DNA of 61,730 nt from Candidatus Nomurabacteria bacterium (GTDB lineage: Bacteria; Patescibacteriota; Minisyncoccia; Phycocordibacterales; Phycocordibacteraceae), in assembly GCA_943353835.1 (NCBI GenBank), contig CALRBA010000003.1:1-61730 (forward strand), in the 5' to 3' direction. The notes under the pieces are model-generated. The model ran no database searches. It had not been told where the DNA came from and was given only the letters and a program-made list of their open reading frames with translations. How positions within the stretch are numbered: position 1 is the first letter of the stretch; the number at the start of each line of letters is the position of its first letter. A program made the position numbers and the translations under genes. Shown in pieces: positions 37,824-48,058 of the stretch.

Positions 37824-37852
37824 AAGCCCTGCATTCGTGCAGGGCTTTTTTT
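37824..37852 (+). terminator. Intrinsic terminator
   Basis: aagccctgca-ttcg-tgcagggctt followed by a T tract. Confidence 0.9.
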
Positions 37853-37882
37853 ATTGAAGCAGAGGTGATTAGATGAGGAGTA

Positions 37883-38833
37883 ATGAACGTAGAAGGGAAG
37901 AAGATATATGTAGGATTATCTGGCGGGGTAGACTCGGCGGTGTCGGCGGCGCTACTTAAACAAGATGGGGCCTTAGTGACGGGTGTGTTTATCAAGGGGT
38001 GGTACCCCGAAGGGATGCCCTGCACATGGGCGACAGAGCGCAGGGATGCGATGCGAGTGGCGGCGCGACTCCACATCCCGTTCCGTACGCTTGATGCGAG
38101 CGCAGAGTACAAGAAGAGCGTGATCGATTATTTGATTAGTGAGTATCGCGCGGGGCGCACTCCGAACCCGGACGTGATGTGCAATAGGGAAGTGAAGTTT
38201 GGCGCCTTCTACCGCTTCGCTATGGCGCAAGGCGCTGACTCTATTGCGATGGGGCACTATCGTAGTGGTGAAAAAGACCAGAGTTATTTTCTATGGGCAG
38301 TGCCAAAAGAGATTTTAAATGCAACCATTTTCCCCGTAGGTAATTTAGAAAAAGATGATGTGAGAAAGCTTGCAAAAAAATTTAATCTGCCTGTGGCCGA
38401 GAAGAAAGACAGTCAGGGCATATGCTTTTTAGGAAGTGTTTCAGTCAAAGAATTTTTGGAAAAAGAATTTGGGAATGATAATCCGGCGCTTTTATATACT
38501 CTTGGTCAGCGTGTTTCGGGCGGGTATGTAGTCTGGAAGGATGTTGAAAAGAAGAAGATTAGGATTTCAAAAACTCTTGCAACTTCAAAACATATCATTC
38601 CTTTTACTAACGCGAATTGGTTTGGAGAATTCTCTACAGTTCAAGAAGCTCAGTATAGGTATCGTGGTAACCGTATACATGGACGTATTGAAAAAAATAG
38701 TTTTATTACCGTCAATTCATTACCTGAAACTCCGGCTCCAGGGCAGTCAATAGTTTTTTACTCGCCTCGCTCAAGCTCCGGCGAAGCGGGCAATGGCACA
38801 GAACTTGTCGGTGGTGGTATCATTGACGCATGA
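37883..38833 (+). CDS. mnmA: tRNA 2-thiouridylase MnmA (compact)
   Basis: SGGVDS, TPNPDVMCNREVKF, MGHY, KDQSYFL, DSQGICF, PGQS. Confidence 0.95.
   Translation: MNVEGKKIYVGLSGGVDSAVSAALLKQDGALVTGVFIKGWYPEGMPCTWATERRDAMRVAARLHIPFRTLDASAEYKKSVIDYLISEYRAGRTPNPDVMCNREVKFGAFYRFAMAQGADSIAMGHYRSGEKDQSYFLWAVPKEILNATIFPVGNLEKDDVRKLAKKFNLPVAEKKDSQGICFLGSVSVKEFLEKEFGNDNPALLYTLGQRVSGGYVVWKDVEKKKIRISKTLATSKHIIPFTNANWFGEFSTVQEAQYRYRGNRIHGRIEKNSFITVNSLPETPAPGQSIVFYSPRSSSGEAGNGTELVGGGIIDA
38761..38790. repeat. GC-rich imperfect palindrome in frame in the mnmA C-terminus
   Basis: ctcgcctcgc-tcaagctccg-gcgaagcggg; adds SPRSSSGEAG between PGQSIVFY and LVGGGII. Confidence 0.65.
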
Positions 38834-39243
38834 ACCGTATGCGCCTTTGGATTTCTGCGGCAATTATCGCATTTATAATTCTAATCATTTTTGCACTCTC
38901 TGTACCGCACACGCGCGATGTCGGAACCGACTCAATACCTTTATCTCAAACAAAGAACGTACCTTCCGTCATATTACGCGACTCGTTCAAGAAAGGTGTA
39001 CACACTATTTCAGGTTCCGTTGAAGCTCCGAACGCCTGTACATCAGTTAACGTTTCAGCAACAGTTCTCGGCGATGCTTCAGGCAAGGAGAATATACTCG
39101 TTACAATATCCATGCCTTCTGATTCAGGTATTTGTCTTCAGTTACCCACTCGCACAAGTTTTCAAACAACAGTTTCAGCGCCGGCGAATCTGCCGATATC
39201 AGCGACCGTTAACGGCTCATTAGCGTCTACAACCTCACCATGA
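38830..39243 (+). CDS. Hypothetical exported protein
   Basis: N-terminal TM helix, beta-rich domain, PNAC and ICLQ cysteine pair. Confidence 0.75.
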   Translation: MNRMRLWISAAIIAFIILIIFALSVPHTRDVGTDSIPLSQTKNVPSVILRDSFKKGVHTISGSVEAPNACTSVNVSATVLGDASGKENILVTISMPSDSGICLQLPTRTSFQTTVSAPANLPISATVNGSLASTTSP

Positions 39244-40079
39244 CAACACTACCGGTCATCATTAAAGCTGATGGAACGAACGAAATATTTAATCAAGAGC
39301 TCCTTACAAGGTCTCTTGAACGTTCCGGTGCGGGCGAGTTAACGGCAAAACAGATAGCCGAAACAATTACAAACACGGTCGCTCCAGGGACTTCATCAAA
39401 AGAAATTTATACGCGCGCTTTTTCGCTCCTGCGCAGGGAAGCCCGTCCAGTCGCCGCCAGATACGCATTGCGTCGTGCGCTCCTGGAGCTTGGTCCCACA
39501 GGTCACCCGTTTGAAGATTTCATTTCGCATCTGTATCGTACAGAAGGCTGGCAGGTGGAAACTAGAAAAATAATAAAAGGGAAATGCGTATCGCATGAAG
39601 TAGACTTCTACGCTTCAAATAAAGAACAGAACGAATTTCTCGCCGCAGAACTTAAATATCACAACGATTCCGGATACAAAACAGACTTGAAGGTCGCGTT
39701 ATACGTAAAAAGCCGTTTTGACGATATCTTTGCATGTGACGAATCGGTGCGTTCTTGTCCGATTGACCGTGGCATTCTTGTAACAAATACTAAGTTTACG
39801 TCCGAAGCAATTGCATATTCCGAGTGTTCGGGTGTAGAACTCTTGGGTTGGGGTTATCCGGCGAACAACAATCTTTTCATCCGTATGAGTCGCGCGAAGG
39901 TATATCCGATTACTACACTTACTGGACTTTCCCGCGCCGAGAAATTCCTTCTTATAGAACGCGGTGTCATTGCAGTTGATGAAATTATGAAGAATCGCCG
40001 CGCGCTGGACATATTGCATCTCTCGAGCGAGAGGGTAGGCGAGCTTCTCGCAGAAGCAGACAGCCTCCTTGCGTTTTAG
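39240..40079 (+). CDS. ATP-cone plus Mrr-like PD-(D/E)XK restriction-fold protein
   Basis: IIKADG..F...L..SL (ATP cone); GHPFE..HEVD..AELK..VTN.KFT..A. Confidence 0.8.
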   Translation: MTTLPVIIKADGTNEIFNQELLTRSLERSGAGELTAKQIAETITNTVAPGTSSKEIYTRAFSLLRREARPVAARYALRRALLELGPTGHPFEDFISHLYRTEGWQVETRKIIKGKCVSHEVDFYASNKEQNEFLAAELKYHNDSGYKTDLKVALYVKSRFDDIFACDESVRSCPIDRGILVTNTKFTSEAIAYSECSGVELLGWGYPANNNLFIRMSRAKVYPITTLTGLSRAEKFLLIERGVIAVDEIMKNRRALDILHLSSERVGELLAEADSLLAF

Positions 40080-40086
40080 TACCCAA

Positions 40087-41346
40087 CTACCTAAGTTCCG
40101 CGAGCTCTTCGCGTGCAACGCCCGCATCGCTCCATGGCATTCTCGTCCCTTTTGGGCCCATGATGTGGTGTTCAGAACCTTTACCAGTAATGAATACCGC
40201 TGAATTTTTTTCAGCCATACGAACCGCCTTTCGTATCGCCTCACGCCGATCAAGAATAAATTCATGAGAGTGATTCTTAATTCCTTTAGCAACGTTATCC
40301 GCGATGTCTTTCGGGTCTTCATCATACGGATCTTCGGTGGTCAGAATGATATGCTCGCAGTGTTTGTCCGCAATTTCTCCCATCACTTTGCGTTTGGCAA
40401 TATCGCGTCCACCGCCAGTACCACCCAAAATACAGATTTTTTTCACGCCTGCATACACGCTATACGCACGGTCAAGTGAGTCGGCCGTGTGCGCGTAATC
40501 CACAATGACAGTAAAGTTTTGTCCTTCATCAATCTTCTCCATACGTCCAGGAATGAGAGTGAATTTCTCCAATGCACTTTTTATGTGTGCAATCGAAATA
40601 CCACGGCTCTCGGCAAAGGTGGCCGCCGCCAGCGCATTCATTATGTTAAATTCCCCCGACAGTTTTAGATGAATCTTTTGTCCTCGCCACTCTATGTCTC
40701 CACCATCTGTGTTTGTTGTAAAAGGCAGCGCATCATCAATGCCATATTTAATTTTTTGTCCTACACGAACAGCAAGAAATTTACCGGCTTCTGCGTCATC
40801 ACGATTTACGACGACAGAATGACTTCCTGTATTTCCTCGTTCAAGAGCGCGAGCAAGACTTACTTTAGCATCAACGTATTTTTCATACGAGCCATGCGCC
40901 TCTATATGTTCCGGCGAGAGATTAGTGAAAATAAGTGCATCAATATCAATGAAAGCATGACGGAATTGTTTCGCGCCCTCTGATGTCATCTCTATTACGG
41001 CATATGTACATTTAGCATCAACAGCCCTGCGAAGAAATTTCTGCAGGCGAGTTCTCCCAGGCATGCTTTGTCGCGACGGATTTTCCTCACTGAGATTCGC
41101 GATTTTAAGTCGATTGCTATTCACGAGTGCAACACGAAATCCTGCTTCTTCCAATATCGCCGAGGTAAGCTCGGTGGTGGACGTCTTGCCCTTGGTGCCC
41201 GTAACACCGACGACGTAAAGATGGCGAGAAGGGAAGCGGTAATAGACAGCCCCCACTCCTGCAAGTAGATAGTGATACGTCGGCTGTGTCGCAGAGAAAA
41301 GCGCTTTTGGAATGAGAGATTTTATCGACCGAAGAATTTTTTCCAT
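40087..41346 (-). CDS. murE: Mur ligase, MurE-type
   Basis: GVTGTKGKTST, EMTS, FTNLSPEHIEAH, PGRME, VDYAHT, GGGRD, EDPYDE, GKG. Confidence 0.9.
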   Translation of the reverse strand: MEKILRSIKSLIPKALFSATQPTYHYLLAGVGAVYYRFPSRHLYVVGVTGTKGKTSTTELTSAILEEAGFRVALVNSNRLKIANLSEENPSRQSMPGRTRLQKFLRRAVDAKCTYAVIEMTSEGAKQFRHAFIDIDALIFTNLSPEHIEAHGSYEKYVDAKVSLARALERGNTGSHSVVVNRDDAEAGKFLAVRVGQKIKYGIDDALPFTTNTDGGDIEWRGQKIHLKLSGEFNIMNALAAATFAESRGISIAHIKSALEKFTLIPGRMEKIDEGQNFTVIVDYAHTADSLDRAYSVYAGVKKICILGGTGGGRDIAKRKVMGEIADKHCEHIILTTEDPYDEDPKDIADNVAKGIKNHSHEFILDRREAIRKAVRMAEKNSAVFITGKGSEHHIMGPKGTRMPWSDAGVAREELAELR

Positions 41347-41368
41347 GCGTGCTATAGTAGTTTATCAT

Positions 41369-42163
41369 ATGGTAAAAAGCGTATATAAAAGAAAAGGGAG
41401 CGGGCCATTTGACCCTGCCTCCAGCGAGCCCTTTAAAGTGAGCCGTTCCAAGATAGATATGTTTACGGAGTGTCAGAGATGCTCGTATCTGGATTTAAAG
41501 TTCGGTGTGAAGCGCCCCTCTATGCCCGCATTCACGCTCAACAACGCGGTGGACGAATTATTGAAAAGAGAATTTGATATTCATCGCGCGAACAAGACGA
41601 AGCATCCGCTCCTAAAAAAATACGGCCTTGACGCGGTGCCGTTACAAGATGAACGGATGGACGAGTGGCGCGACGCTTTGCGTCGCGGTATCCAATATCA
41701 TCATGTTCCTACAAATATTCTAGTACGAGGAGGCATTGACGACGTTTGGGTCAACCCGGCTGGCGAGCTGATCATCGTCGACTACAAGGCCACGAGCAAG
41801 AAGGTGGGGCCGAGTACGGAAGACGATTTGTATGACTCATACAAGAAACAAATGGAAGTGTACCAGTGGCTCTTTCGCCGGAATAACTTCAAAGTTTCCC
41901 AGACCGGCTACTTCGTGTACGTGAACGGCAAGTCGGATGCGAAAGCTTTTGATGGAAAATTGGAATTTGATATAGAACTCATTCCATACACGGGGAGCGA
42001 CACGTGGGTGGAGCCGACAGTGTTTGATTTAAAAAAGATGTTAACAAGCGACGAAATACCGTCTTCTGGCATCTCCTTTGGCGGCGGTCCTTGCGAATAC
42101 TGCACCTACCGCGAATCGGCCGGAAAGACGTTCAAAGAACAGCACAAGAGAGTCGCGCCTTAG
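41369..42163 (+). CDS. PD-(D/E)XK nuclease superfamily protein (RecB/Cas4-like)
   Basis: S.SKI..F.EC.RC, GGIDD, IVDYK, QMEVY, CEYC. Confidence 0.85.
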   Translation: MVKSVYKRKGSGPFDPASSEPFKVSRSKIDMFTECQRCSYLDLKFGVKRPSMPAFTLNNAVDELLKREFDIHRANKTKHPLLKKYGLDAVPLQDERMDEWRDALRRGIQYHHVPTNILVRGGIDDVWVNPAGELIIVDYKATSKKVGPSTEDDLYDSYKKQMEVYQWLFRRNNFKVSQTGYFVYVNGKSDAKAFDGKLEFDIELIPYTGSDTWVEPTVFDLKKMLTSDEIPSSGISFGGGPCEYCTYRESAGKTFKEQHKRVAP

Positions 42164-42197
42164 TGGACAATTGCGCGACATGATTCTGCAGAATCAA

Positions 42198-42866
42198 ATG
42201 AACGTAAAGATTGAACCATCGTGGAGAGAGAAGCTGAAAGGTGAGTTTGAAAAAAAATACTTCGTCGAGCTGTCGGAATTCGTGAAGAAGGAGTACAAAG
42301 ATGGATTTGTGTATCCCGAACCGAAGAATATTTTCAGAGCGTTTGACTTATGCCTCTTTGATAAAGTAAAAGTCGTGATACTTGGGCAGGACCCGTATCA
42401 CGGAGTTGGGCAGGCGAACGGTCTCGCCTTCGCCGTTGACGAGAGAGAAGCAATTCCACCCTCGCTCCGGAATGTGTTTAAGGAAATAGAAAGTGATTTA
42501 GGGAAATCTCTTGTGTACGCAAGTTGCGATTTATCCCATTGGGCAGAGCAGGGCGTTCTTCTCTTGAACGCAACGCTCACCGTGCGAGCCGGCTCTGCCG
42601 GCTCGCACCAAGAGAAGGGCTGGGAACAGTTTACAGACGCCGTCATCAAAGCGCTCTCGCAAGAGCGCCCGGGTTTGGTCTTCATGCTCTGGGGCAACTA
42701 CGCGAAGATGAAGGGCGCGCACATAGACCGGAGCAAACATCTCGTATTAGAAGCACCGCACCCCTCACCATTCTCTGCCTACTCAGGCTTCTTCGGCTGT
42801 AAACATTTCTCCAAGGCAAATGAGTATCTTATTGCTCACAACCAAACCACAATAGATTGGCTCTAA
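42198..42866 (+). CDS. ung: Uracil-DNA glycosylase family 1
   Basis: GQDPYH, PPSLRN, GVLLLN, HPSP. Confidence 0.97.
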   Translation: MNVKIEPSWREKLKGEFEKKYFVELSEFVKKEYKDGFVYPEPKNIFRAFDLCLFDKVKVVILGQDPYHGVGQANGLAFAVDEREAIPPSLRNVFKEIESDLGKSLVYASCDLSHWAEQGVLLLNATLTVRAGSAGSHQEKGWEQFTDAVIKALSQERPGLVFMLWGNYAKMKGAHIDRSKHLVLEAPHPSPFSAYSGFFGCKHFSKANEYLIAHNQTTIDWL

Positions 42867-43232
42867 CTATTTCTGCCAGTAGGTTTTGAAATCCAATATT
42901 TCTGAAACAAGCGTTTCAGCGATTTCGCCCTTATAACAAATAGCGCGGTCGTCTACGTAGACAAACGCAATCGGCTTACCTGGATTATCTCCTTCTTTAT
43001 CCGGTCGGCGATTGATGTAATCAACAGGGATAGAGAACTGCTCACAATACTTCTTCAAAAATTCATCGCCCCGCGTTGAGTGGATGAGAATCTTGCACCC
43101 TTTCTCCTTCAGTATCTTGATCGCTTTGACAACTTCGGCATTTGGCTCTTGTATATCCTCTTTGGTGACGAACCCAGAATAGGAGGCAAGCACGCCGTCA
43201 AAATCAAAGGCGATAACACGAGGAGGGTTCAT
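42867..43232 (-). CDS. Cap-less HAD-superfamily hydrolase-like protein
   Basis: IAFDFDGVL, IHSTR, KP..VYVDDRA. Confidence 0.8.
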   Translation of the reverse strand: MNPPRVIAFDFDGVLASYSGFVTKEDIQEPNAEVVKAIKILKEKGCKILIHSTRGDEFLKKYCEQFSIPVDYINRRPDKEGDNPGKPIAFVYVDDRAICYKGEIAETLVSEILDFKTYWQK

Positions 43233-45196
43233 TACCAAATCTTCGCACGACTCGAAGTAGAACGGTAGAGCTTGTCACCTTTAGTAACGCCAAAGGCTCC
43301 ATAGAACTCGGGGAGGTTCGAGGCAGGGCCGTTGATGCGGAACTTACCGGGGGAGTGCGGGTCGGTGAGCACTTGGGTCTTCTCTGACTCGGGGCGCCTA
43401 TTCTCGCGCTCAAAGAGAGCGAAGGAGAGGAAGAACCTCTGCTCGGGGGTGAAGCCGTCAATAACTTTGCGTCCGGTCTGAGCGAGGCGGAGTATATAGG
43501 CATCAAAGGCGATAGAGGCGCCACCGAGGTCAGCGATGTTCTCGCCGAGCGTGAGCTGGCCGTTGACCTTGAGTCCACCAGCGACTTTATATTCGTTAAA
43601 TTCTTTCACCAATATTTTTGCTTTATCGGCAAAACGTTTTGAGTCTTGTGCAGTCCACCACGTCTTACGGTTGCCTTTGCCGTCAAACTTGCATCCTTGG
43701 TCGTCGAATCCGTGGGTGATCTCGTGCCCAATCACCGAGCCCATTGCGCCATAATTGACCGCGTCGTCGGCGCTCACGTCAAAGAACGGTGGCTGGAGAA
43801 TCGCGGCGGGGAAGACAACATCATTGAGCCCGAAGCTACAATAGGCATTTACCGTCTGCGGGCTCATAAACCACTCACCACGGTCGACCGACTTCGTGAG
43901 CCGTCTCATCGCGCGCTTGTGCTCGAACGCGGCGACCCGTATGGCATTACCGAAGTAGTTGTCGGCGCGTATGACTAGTCCCTTATAACTCTTCCATTTG
44001 TCTGGGTAACCAAACTTGCGGTTCATCTGTGAGAGCTTCACGAGCGCCTTCTTCTTGGTGGTTGCGCTCATCCAGTCAAGATTCTTAATTCGCATGGCGT
44101 AGGCGACGAAGAGATCCTCGGTGAGCATTTTGATTTTCTTCTTCGCCTCAACACTGAAATAGGCGTCGACGTATAGCTTGCCGAGCGCCTCGCTCAAGCT
44201 CCCGTTGACCACGCTCTGCACGCGCCGCCAAAGAGGCTTCATCACCTTAACGCCCGAGAGAGTAGTGCCGTAGAAGGCGAAGTTCTGCTTCTCAAACTTC
44301 TCACTCAAGTAGCTCGCCGAGCCCGCGATCAAGTGCCAACTCAAATACATCTTCCAGTCTTCAATCGGTTCTTTCACCAGCATCGCGCTCATCGTCCTCA
44401 TAAACTCGGGCTGCATCACGATTAAGTCCTTCGGCTTACCAGCTCCACTTATCGTAAAGAATGCGTGCCAGTCGATATGCTTGGCGAGTTTAGTAAGTGC
44501 CGCGATGTTCATCTTGTGGTACGTCTTATCGACGTCTCGTAAATCCTCTTTCGTCATCGAGATATGCGCGAGCGCGGTCTCGAGGCGCATCACCACCTCG
44601 CGTACCTTCTTGGCCTCTCTTAGCGTCTTGCCGGCGAGCACACTAATCGCCTCGATATGCTTCTGATACGCTACGCGGACGCGCAGGGACTCGGCGTCAC
44701 TCTTCACATAGTAGTCGCGGTCGGGCATCCCGAGCCCGCTCTGGTGCAGATAGATCACGTACTTCTCGCTGTTCTTCATATCTTGGTCGATACCCATGCC
44801 CCATGGGCCACCACCACCGATCTTCTCCAGCTCCGCGAGCGTGGCTACGAGCGAGTGTACATCTTTAATCCTCTCTATCTTCTCTAGCCAGAGTTTAAGT
44901 GGCTTCAACCCCGCAGCGTTGCGTTGCTTAATATCTATTCCCGAGCGATAGAAGTCACGGACAAGCCTCTCTGGACTACCCACCTTCAAATTCTTACTCT
45001 TCTCAACCTTGGTCACGAGAGCGCGCAGCTTCTTCTCGGTCTGAAAGCGCAAGATGTGGAATGAGCCCCACCGCGACTCGTTCGCTGGTATCGCATTTTT
45101 CTTAAGCCACCTCCCATTCACGAAGTGGTAAAAATCATCTTGTGGTCTTACTCTCGTATCCATATCCCTCGTCTCAAATCCCCAGCCTTTTTTCAT
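43232..45196 (-). CDS. M13 (neprilysin/PepO-like) metallopeptidase
   Basis: DDFY..VNG.W, VNAY, HEITHGFD, ENIADLGG, DPHSP. Confidence 0.95.
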   Translation of the reverse strand: MKKGWGFETRDMDTRVRPQDDFYHFVNGRWLKKNAIPANESRWGSFHILRFQTEKKLRALVTKVEKSKNLKVGSPERLVRDFYRSGIDIKQRNAAGLKPLKLWLEKIERIKDVHSLVATLAELEKIGGGGPWGMGIDQDMKNSEKYVIYLHQSGLGMPDRDYYVKSDAESLRVRVAYQKHIEAISVLAGKTLREAKKVREVVMRLETALAHISMTKEDLRDVDKTYHKMNIAALTKLAKHIDWHAFFTISGAGKPKDLIVMQPEFMRTMSAMLVKEPIEDWKMYLSWHLIAGSASYLSEKFEKQNFAFYGTTLSGVKVMKPLWRRVQSVVNGSLSEALGKLYVDAYFSVEAKKKIKMLTEDLFVAYAMRIKNLDWMSATTKKKALVKLSQMNRKFGYPDKWKSYKGLVIRADNYFGNAIRVAAFEHKRAMRRLTKSVDRGEWFMSPQTVNAYCSFGLNDVVFPAAILQPPFFDVSADDAVNYGAMGSVIGHEITHGFDDQGCKFDGKGNRKTWWTAQDSKRFADKAKILVKEFNEYKVAGGLKVNGQLTLGENIADLGGASIAFDAYILRLAQTGRKVIDGFTPEQRFFLSFALFERENRRPESEKTQVLTDPHSPGKFRINGPASNLPEFYGAFGVTKGDKLYRSTSSRAKIW

Positions 45197-45243
45197 ATCA
45201 GCTATAGTATATGAAATTATTATCTCGTGCTATCTTTTTAAGC

Positions 45244-47001
45244 ATGACCGTCAATGAGGTGAGGAGTAAATACTTGGCCTTTTTTAAAGCGCGAGGACAC
45301 GCGATTATTCCGAGTGCGTCTATCGTGCCCGAGAACGACCCGACGACGCTCTTCACGAGTAGCGGGATGCAGCCGCTTGTGCCCTACCTACTTGGACAGT
45401 CACACCCCGAGGGCACGCGCCTCGCCAATTCTCAACTCTCGTTTCGGGCTGGCGATATAGAAGAGGTGGGGGACAATCGGCACACGACATTTTTTGAAAT
45501 GCTAGGCAATTGGTCCTTAGGTGATTATTTTAAAAAAGAACAACTACCTTGGGTCTACGAATTTTTGACTGAAGAACTTAAACTACCAAAAGATAAACTT
45601 TGGGTCACGTGTTTTGCCGGAGACGAGGTGCTTGGTTTGCCAAAAGATACTGAATCGGCAGAAATTTGGAAAAAAATAGGAATGCCAGAAGACCATATAC
45701 TTTTTTACGATGCGAAGAAGAATTGGTGGAGCCGCTCAGGCACGCCGGAGGCGATGCCGGCAGGTGAGCCTGGCGGTCCCGATTCTGAAATTTTTTATGA
45801 ATTTACAAGCGTTAAGCATGGCATTGCTTTTGGAGAAAATTGCCATCCTAACTGCGACTGCGGTCGTTTTATGGAAATTGGCAATTCGGTGTTTATGGAA
45901 TATATAAAACTCGACCCTTCGACAAGCTCAGGGCAGGCGGCTTTCGGAAAACTCCCAAAGCAAAATGTTGACTTCGGCGGAGGTCTTGAACGTCTCACTG
46001 CGGTAACTCTTAATAATCCGGACATATTTATGATTGATGTGTTTGACTCAGCTCGCGTCATGCTTGAGAAACATTCAGGTAAAAAATATCAAGTCGAAGT
46101 CTTGCTTCAAAAGTCGTTCAGAATCATCTTGGACCACACGCGTGCGGCTTCCGTTATGTTTGACGCAGGACTTTGTCCTTCTAATACAGAACAAGGATAC
46201 GTTCTTCGTAGATTAATTCGTCGCGCGATACGGGAAGCAGATAAACTTGGAATTAAAGACGCAATACTTGGCGAGATTGCAGAAGGACATGAAAATGAGT
46301 TTCGTACGGAGGAAATGCAGTTCAGAAAGACGCTCGCCAACGGCATGCGCGAGCTCACGAAGATGGGCGACACCATTGACGCCTTCATGCTCTTTACCAC
46401 CTATGGATTCCCGATAGAGCTCACGGCAGAGATAGCTATAGAACGAGGAAAAAAGATTGATATGGATGCGGTAGAGAAGCAGATGGCCGACCACCAAGCG
46501 CTGTCGCGGGCGGGTGCCGCGCAAAAGTTCGCGGGTGGGTTGGCCGACCACGCCGAGCAGACTATTCGCTATCACACGGCGCATCACTTACTTTTGAAAG
46601 CGCTTCAAATAGTGCTAGGAAAAGACGTGCACCAGCGGGGGAGTAATATCACCAGCGAACGGCTTCGCATCGACTTCTCTTACGGGCAGAAGATGACGCC
46701 AGAACAGAAAACGGAAGTGGAAAAAATCGTGAATGAGAAAATTGCAGAGGCGATTCCCGTTATCCGTACCGATATGCGCCTCGAAGATGCCGAGGCACTC
46801 GAGGCAGAGCACGAGTTCGGCGCCGTCTATCCGGACACGGTTTCGGTGTATTCAGTCGGTCCACTAGAAAACGCATTCTCCATAGAATTCTGCGGCGGTC
46901 CGCATGTGTCCAACACGGGCGAGCTCAAAGGAACATTTAAAATACAAAAAGAAGAAGCGAGCTCAGCGGGTATTCGTCGCATCAAAGCAGTGTTAGAATA
47001 A
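45244..47001 (+). CDS. alaS: Alanine--tRNA ligase, short form lacking the C-Ala domain
   Basis: DPTTLFTSSGM, RHTTFFEMLGNWS, GGGLER, HTAHHLL, EFCGGPH; ends at GIRRIKA. Confidence 0.96.
   Translation: MTVNEVRSKYLAFFKARGHAIIPSASIVPENDPTTLFTSSGMQPLVPYLLGQSHPEGTRLANSQLSFRAGDIEEVGDNRHTTFFEMLGNWSLGDYFKKEQLPWVYEFLTEELKLPKDKLWVTCFAGDEVLGLPKDTESAEIWKKIGMPEDHILFYDAKKNWWSRSGTPEAMPAGEPGGPDSEIFYEFTSVKHGIAFGENCHPNCDCGRFMEIGNSVFMEYIKLDPSTSSGQAAFGKLPKQNVDFGGGLERLTAVTLNNPDIFMIDVFDSARVMLEKHSGKKYQVEVLLQKSFRIILDHTRAASVMFDAGLCPSNTEQGYVLRRLIRRAIREADKLGIKDAILGEIAEGHENEFRTEEMQFRKTLANGMRELTKMGDTIDAFMLFTTYGFPIELTAEIAIERGKKIDMDAVEKQMADHQALSRAGAAQKFAGGLADHAEQTIRYHTAHHLLLKALQIVLGKDVHQRGSNITSERLRIDFSYGQKMTPEQKTEVEKIVNEKIAEAIPVIRTDMRLEDAEALEAEHEFGAVYPDTVSVYSVGPLENAFSIEFCGGPHVSNTGELKGTFKIQKEEASSAGIRRIKAVLE
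45915..45936 (+). repeat. CCCTTCGAC-N2-GCTCAGGG REP-like element in frame in alaS (PSTSSGQ)
   Basis: cccttcgacaagctcagggcag; relatives in dnaJ. Confidence 0.75.
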
Positions 47002-47005
47002 AGCA

Positions 47006-48043
47006 ATGAGTTTTTTCAGTAACATTTTTAATCCGACGAATACGGAGTCACTCGTACTTATAGACATCAGCGCCGGCTCGGTCGCGGGCGCATATGCGCA
47101 TTATAAAGACGGTGAGATTTCGTCTCTTCTCTATACGCGTCGTCTCCCTATAGAAGTTAGGAATGGAGAACGTCATGAACTGGCGATGTTGCGGGCGTTA
47201 GAAATTCTTGGCAATGCACTCATTAAAGAAGGTGCACCGGTTCTCGCGCGTGCTACTGGGAGTGGACGCGCAGACACCATATTTATATCGGTAGACGCAC
47301 CATGGCATGAAACTAAGGTTCGTACGGAATACTTTGAAAGAAAAACGCCGTTCACATTTACCAAGAGTATGGTCGCCACTGTGCTGGAGAAAACCAGCGT
47401 CACTCCAGAGGGAAAAGTTCTTTCCGATGAAAGCATCATAGGTACTATCCTCAACGGTTATGAGACGCGCGAACCGTACGGAAAGAAAGCAAATAGAGCT
47501 GCACTAATAATACTTACTTCGTTTATTGATGAAAAAATTTCAGAAGGTATTGTAAAAATTCTGCGTGGTCTTTTTCACACAAAGAACATTTTATCAATCA
47601 CTGGAAGTTCTCTGCGATATCAGGCTATGCGCATCGCATTCCCGCACGAACGCGATTCGCTTATTCTGGATTCCGTTGGACAATTAATATCCGTAGCGCT
47701 CGTGCGCAAGAATTTGCTAGTAGCAGTAACCGATGTTTCAGACGCAGCAAGAACAAACGTTGATTCGTGGGCTAAAGAGGTTATAAATGAATTCACAAAG
47801 CTGTCAAAGGAACATCCATTACCTCGGACAATATTTTTGCTTGCACAAGAACAGGACTCTTCGTCGCTAGAACAAGCGCTCAACTCTGCAGAACTTGTCG
47901 GACTATGGCTCTCGGACAATCCGCCGAAGATAGTTCCTGTACGGGCCGGTCATCTATCAAGCTCTGTAAGGCAGGTTACAACAGCTTCTCCAGACCTACC
48001 GCTTCTCCTCATGGCGCTTTATTGGCAACACCATAAAAAGTAA
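47006..48043 (+). CDS. Hypothetical protein, possibly divergent FtsA/PilM actin-like fold
   Basis: N-terminal VLIDISAGSVAG phosphate-1-like motif; LNGY; LILDSVG. Confidence 0.5.
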   Translation: MSFFSNIFNPTNTESLVLIDISAGSVAGAYAHYKDGEISSLLYTRRLPIEVRNGERHELAMLRALEILGNALIKEGAPVLARATGSGRADTIFISVDAPWHETKVRTEYFERKTPFTFTKSMVATVLEKTSVTPEGKVLSDESIIGTILNGYETREPYGKKANRAALIILTSFIDEKISEGIVKILRGLFHTKNILSITGSSLRYQAMRIAFPHERDSLILDSVGQLISVALVRKNLLVAVTDVSDAARTNVDSWAKEVINEFTKLSKEHPLPRTIFLLAQEQDSSSLEQALNSAELVGLWLSDNPPKIVPVRAGHLSSSVRQVTTASPDLPLLLMALYWQHHKK

Positions 48044-48058
48044 TGTTATACTTTACCT

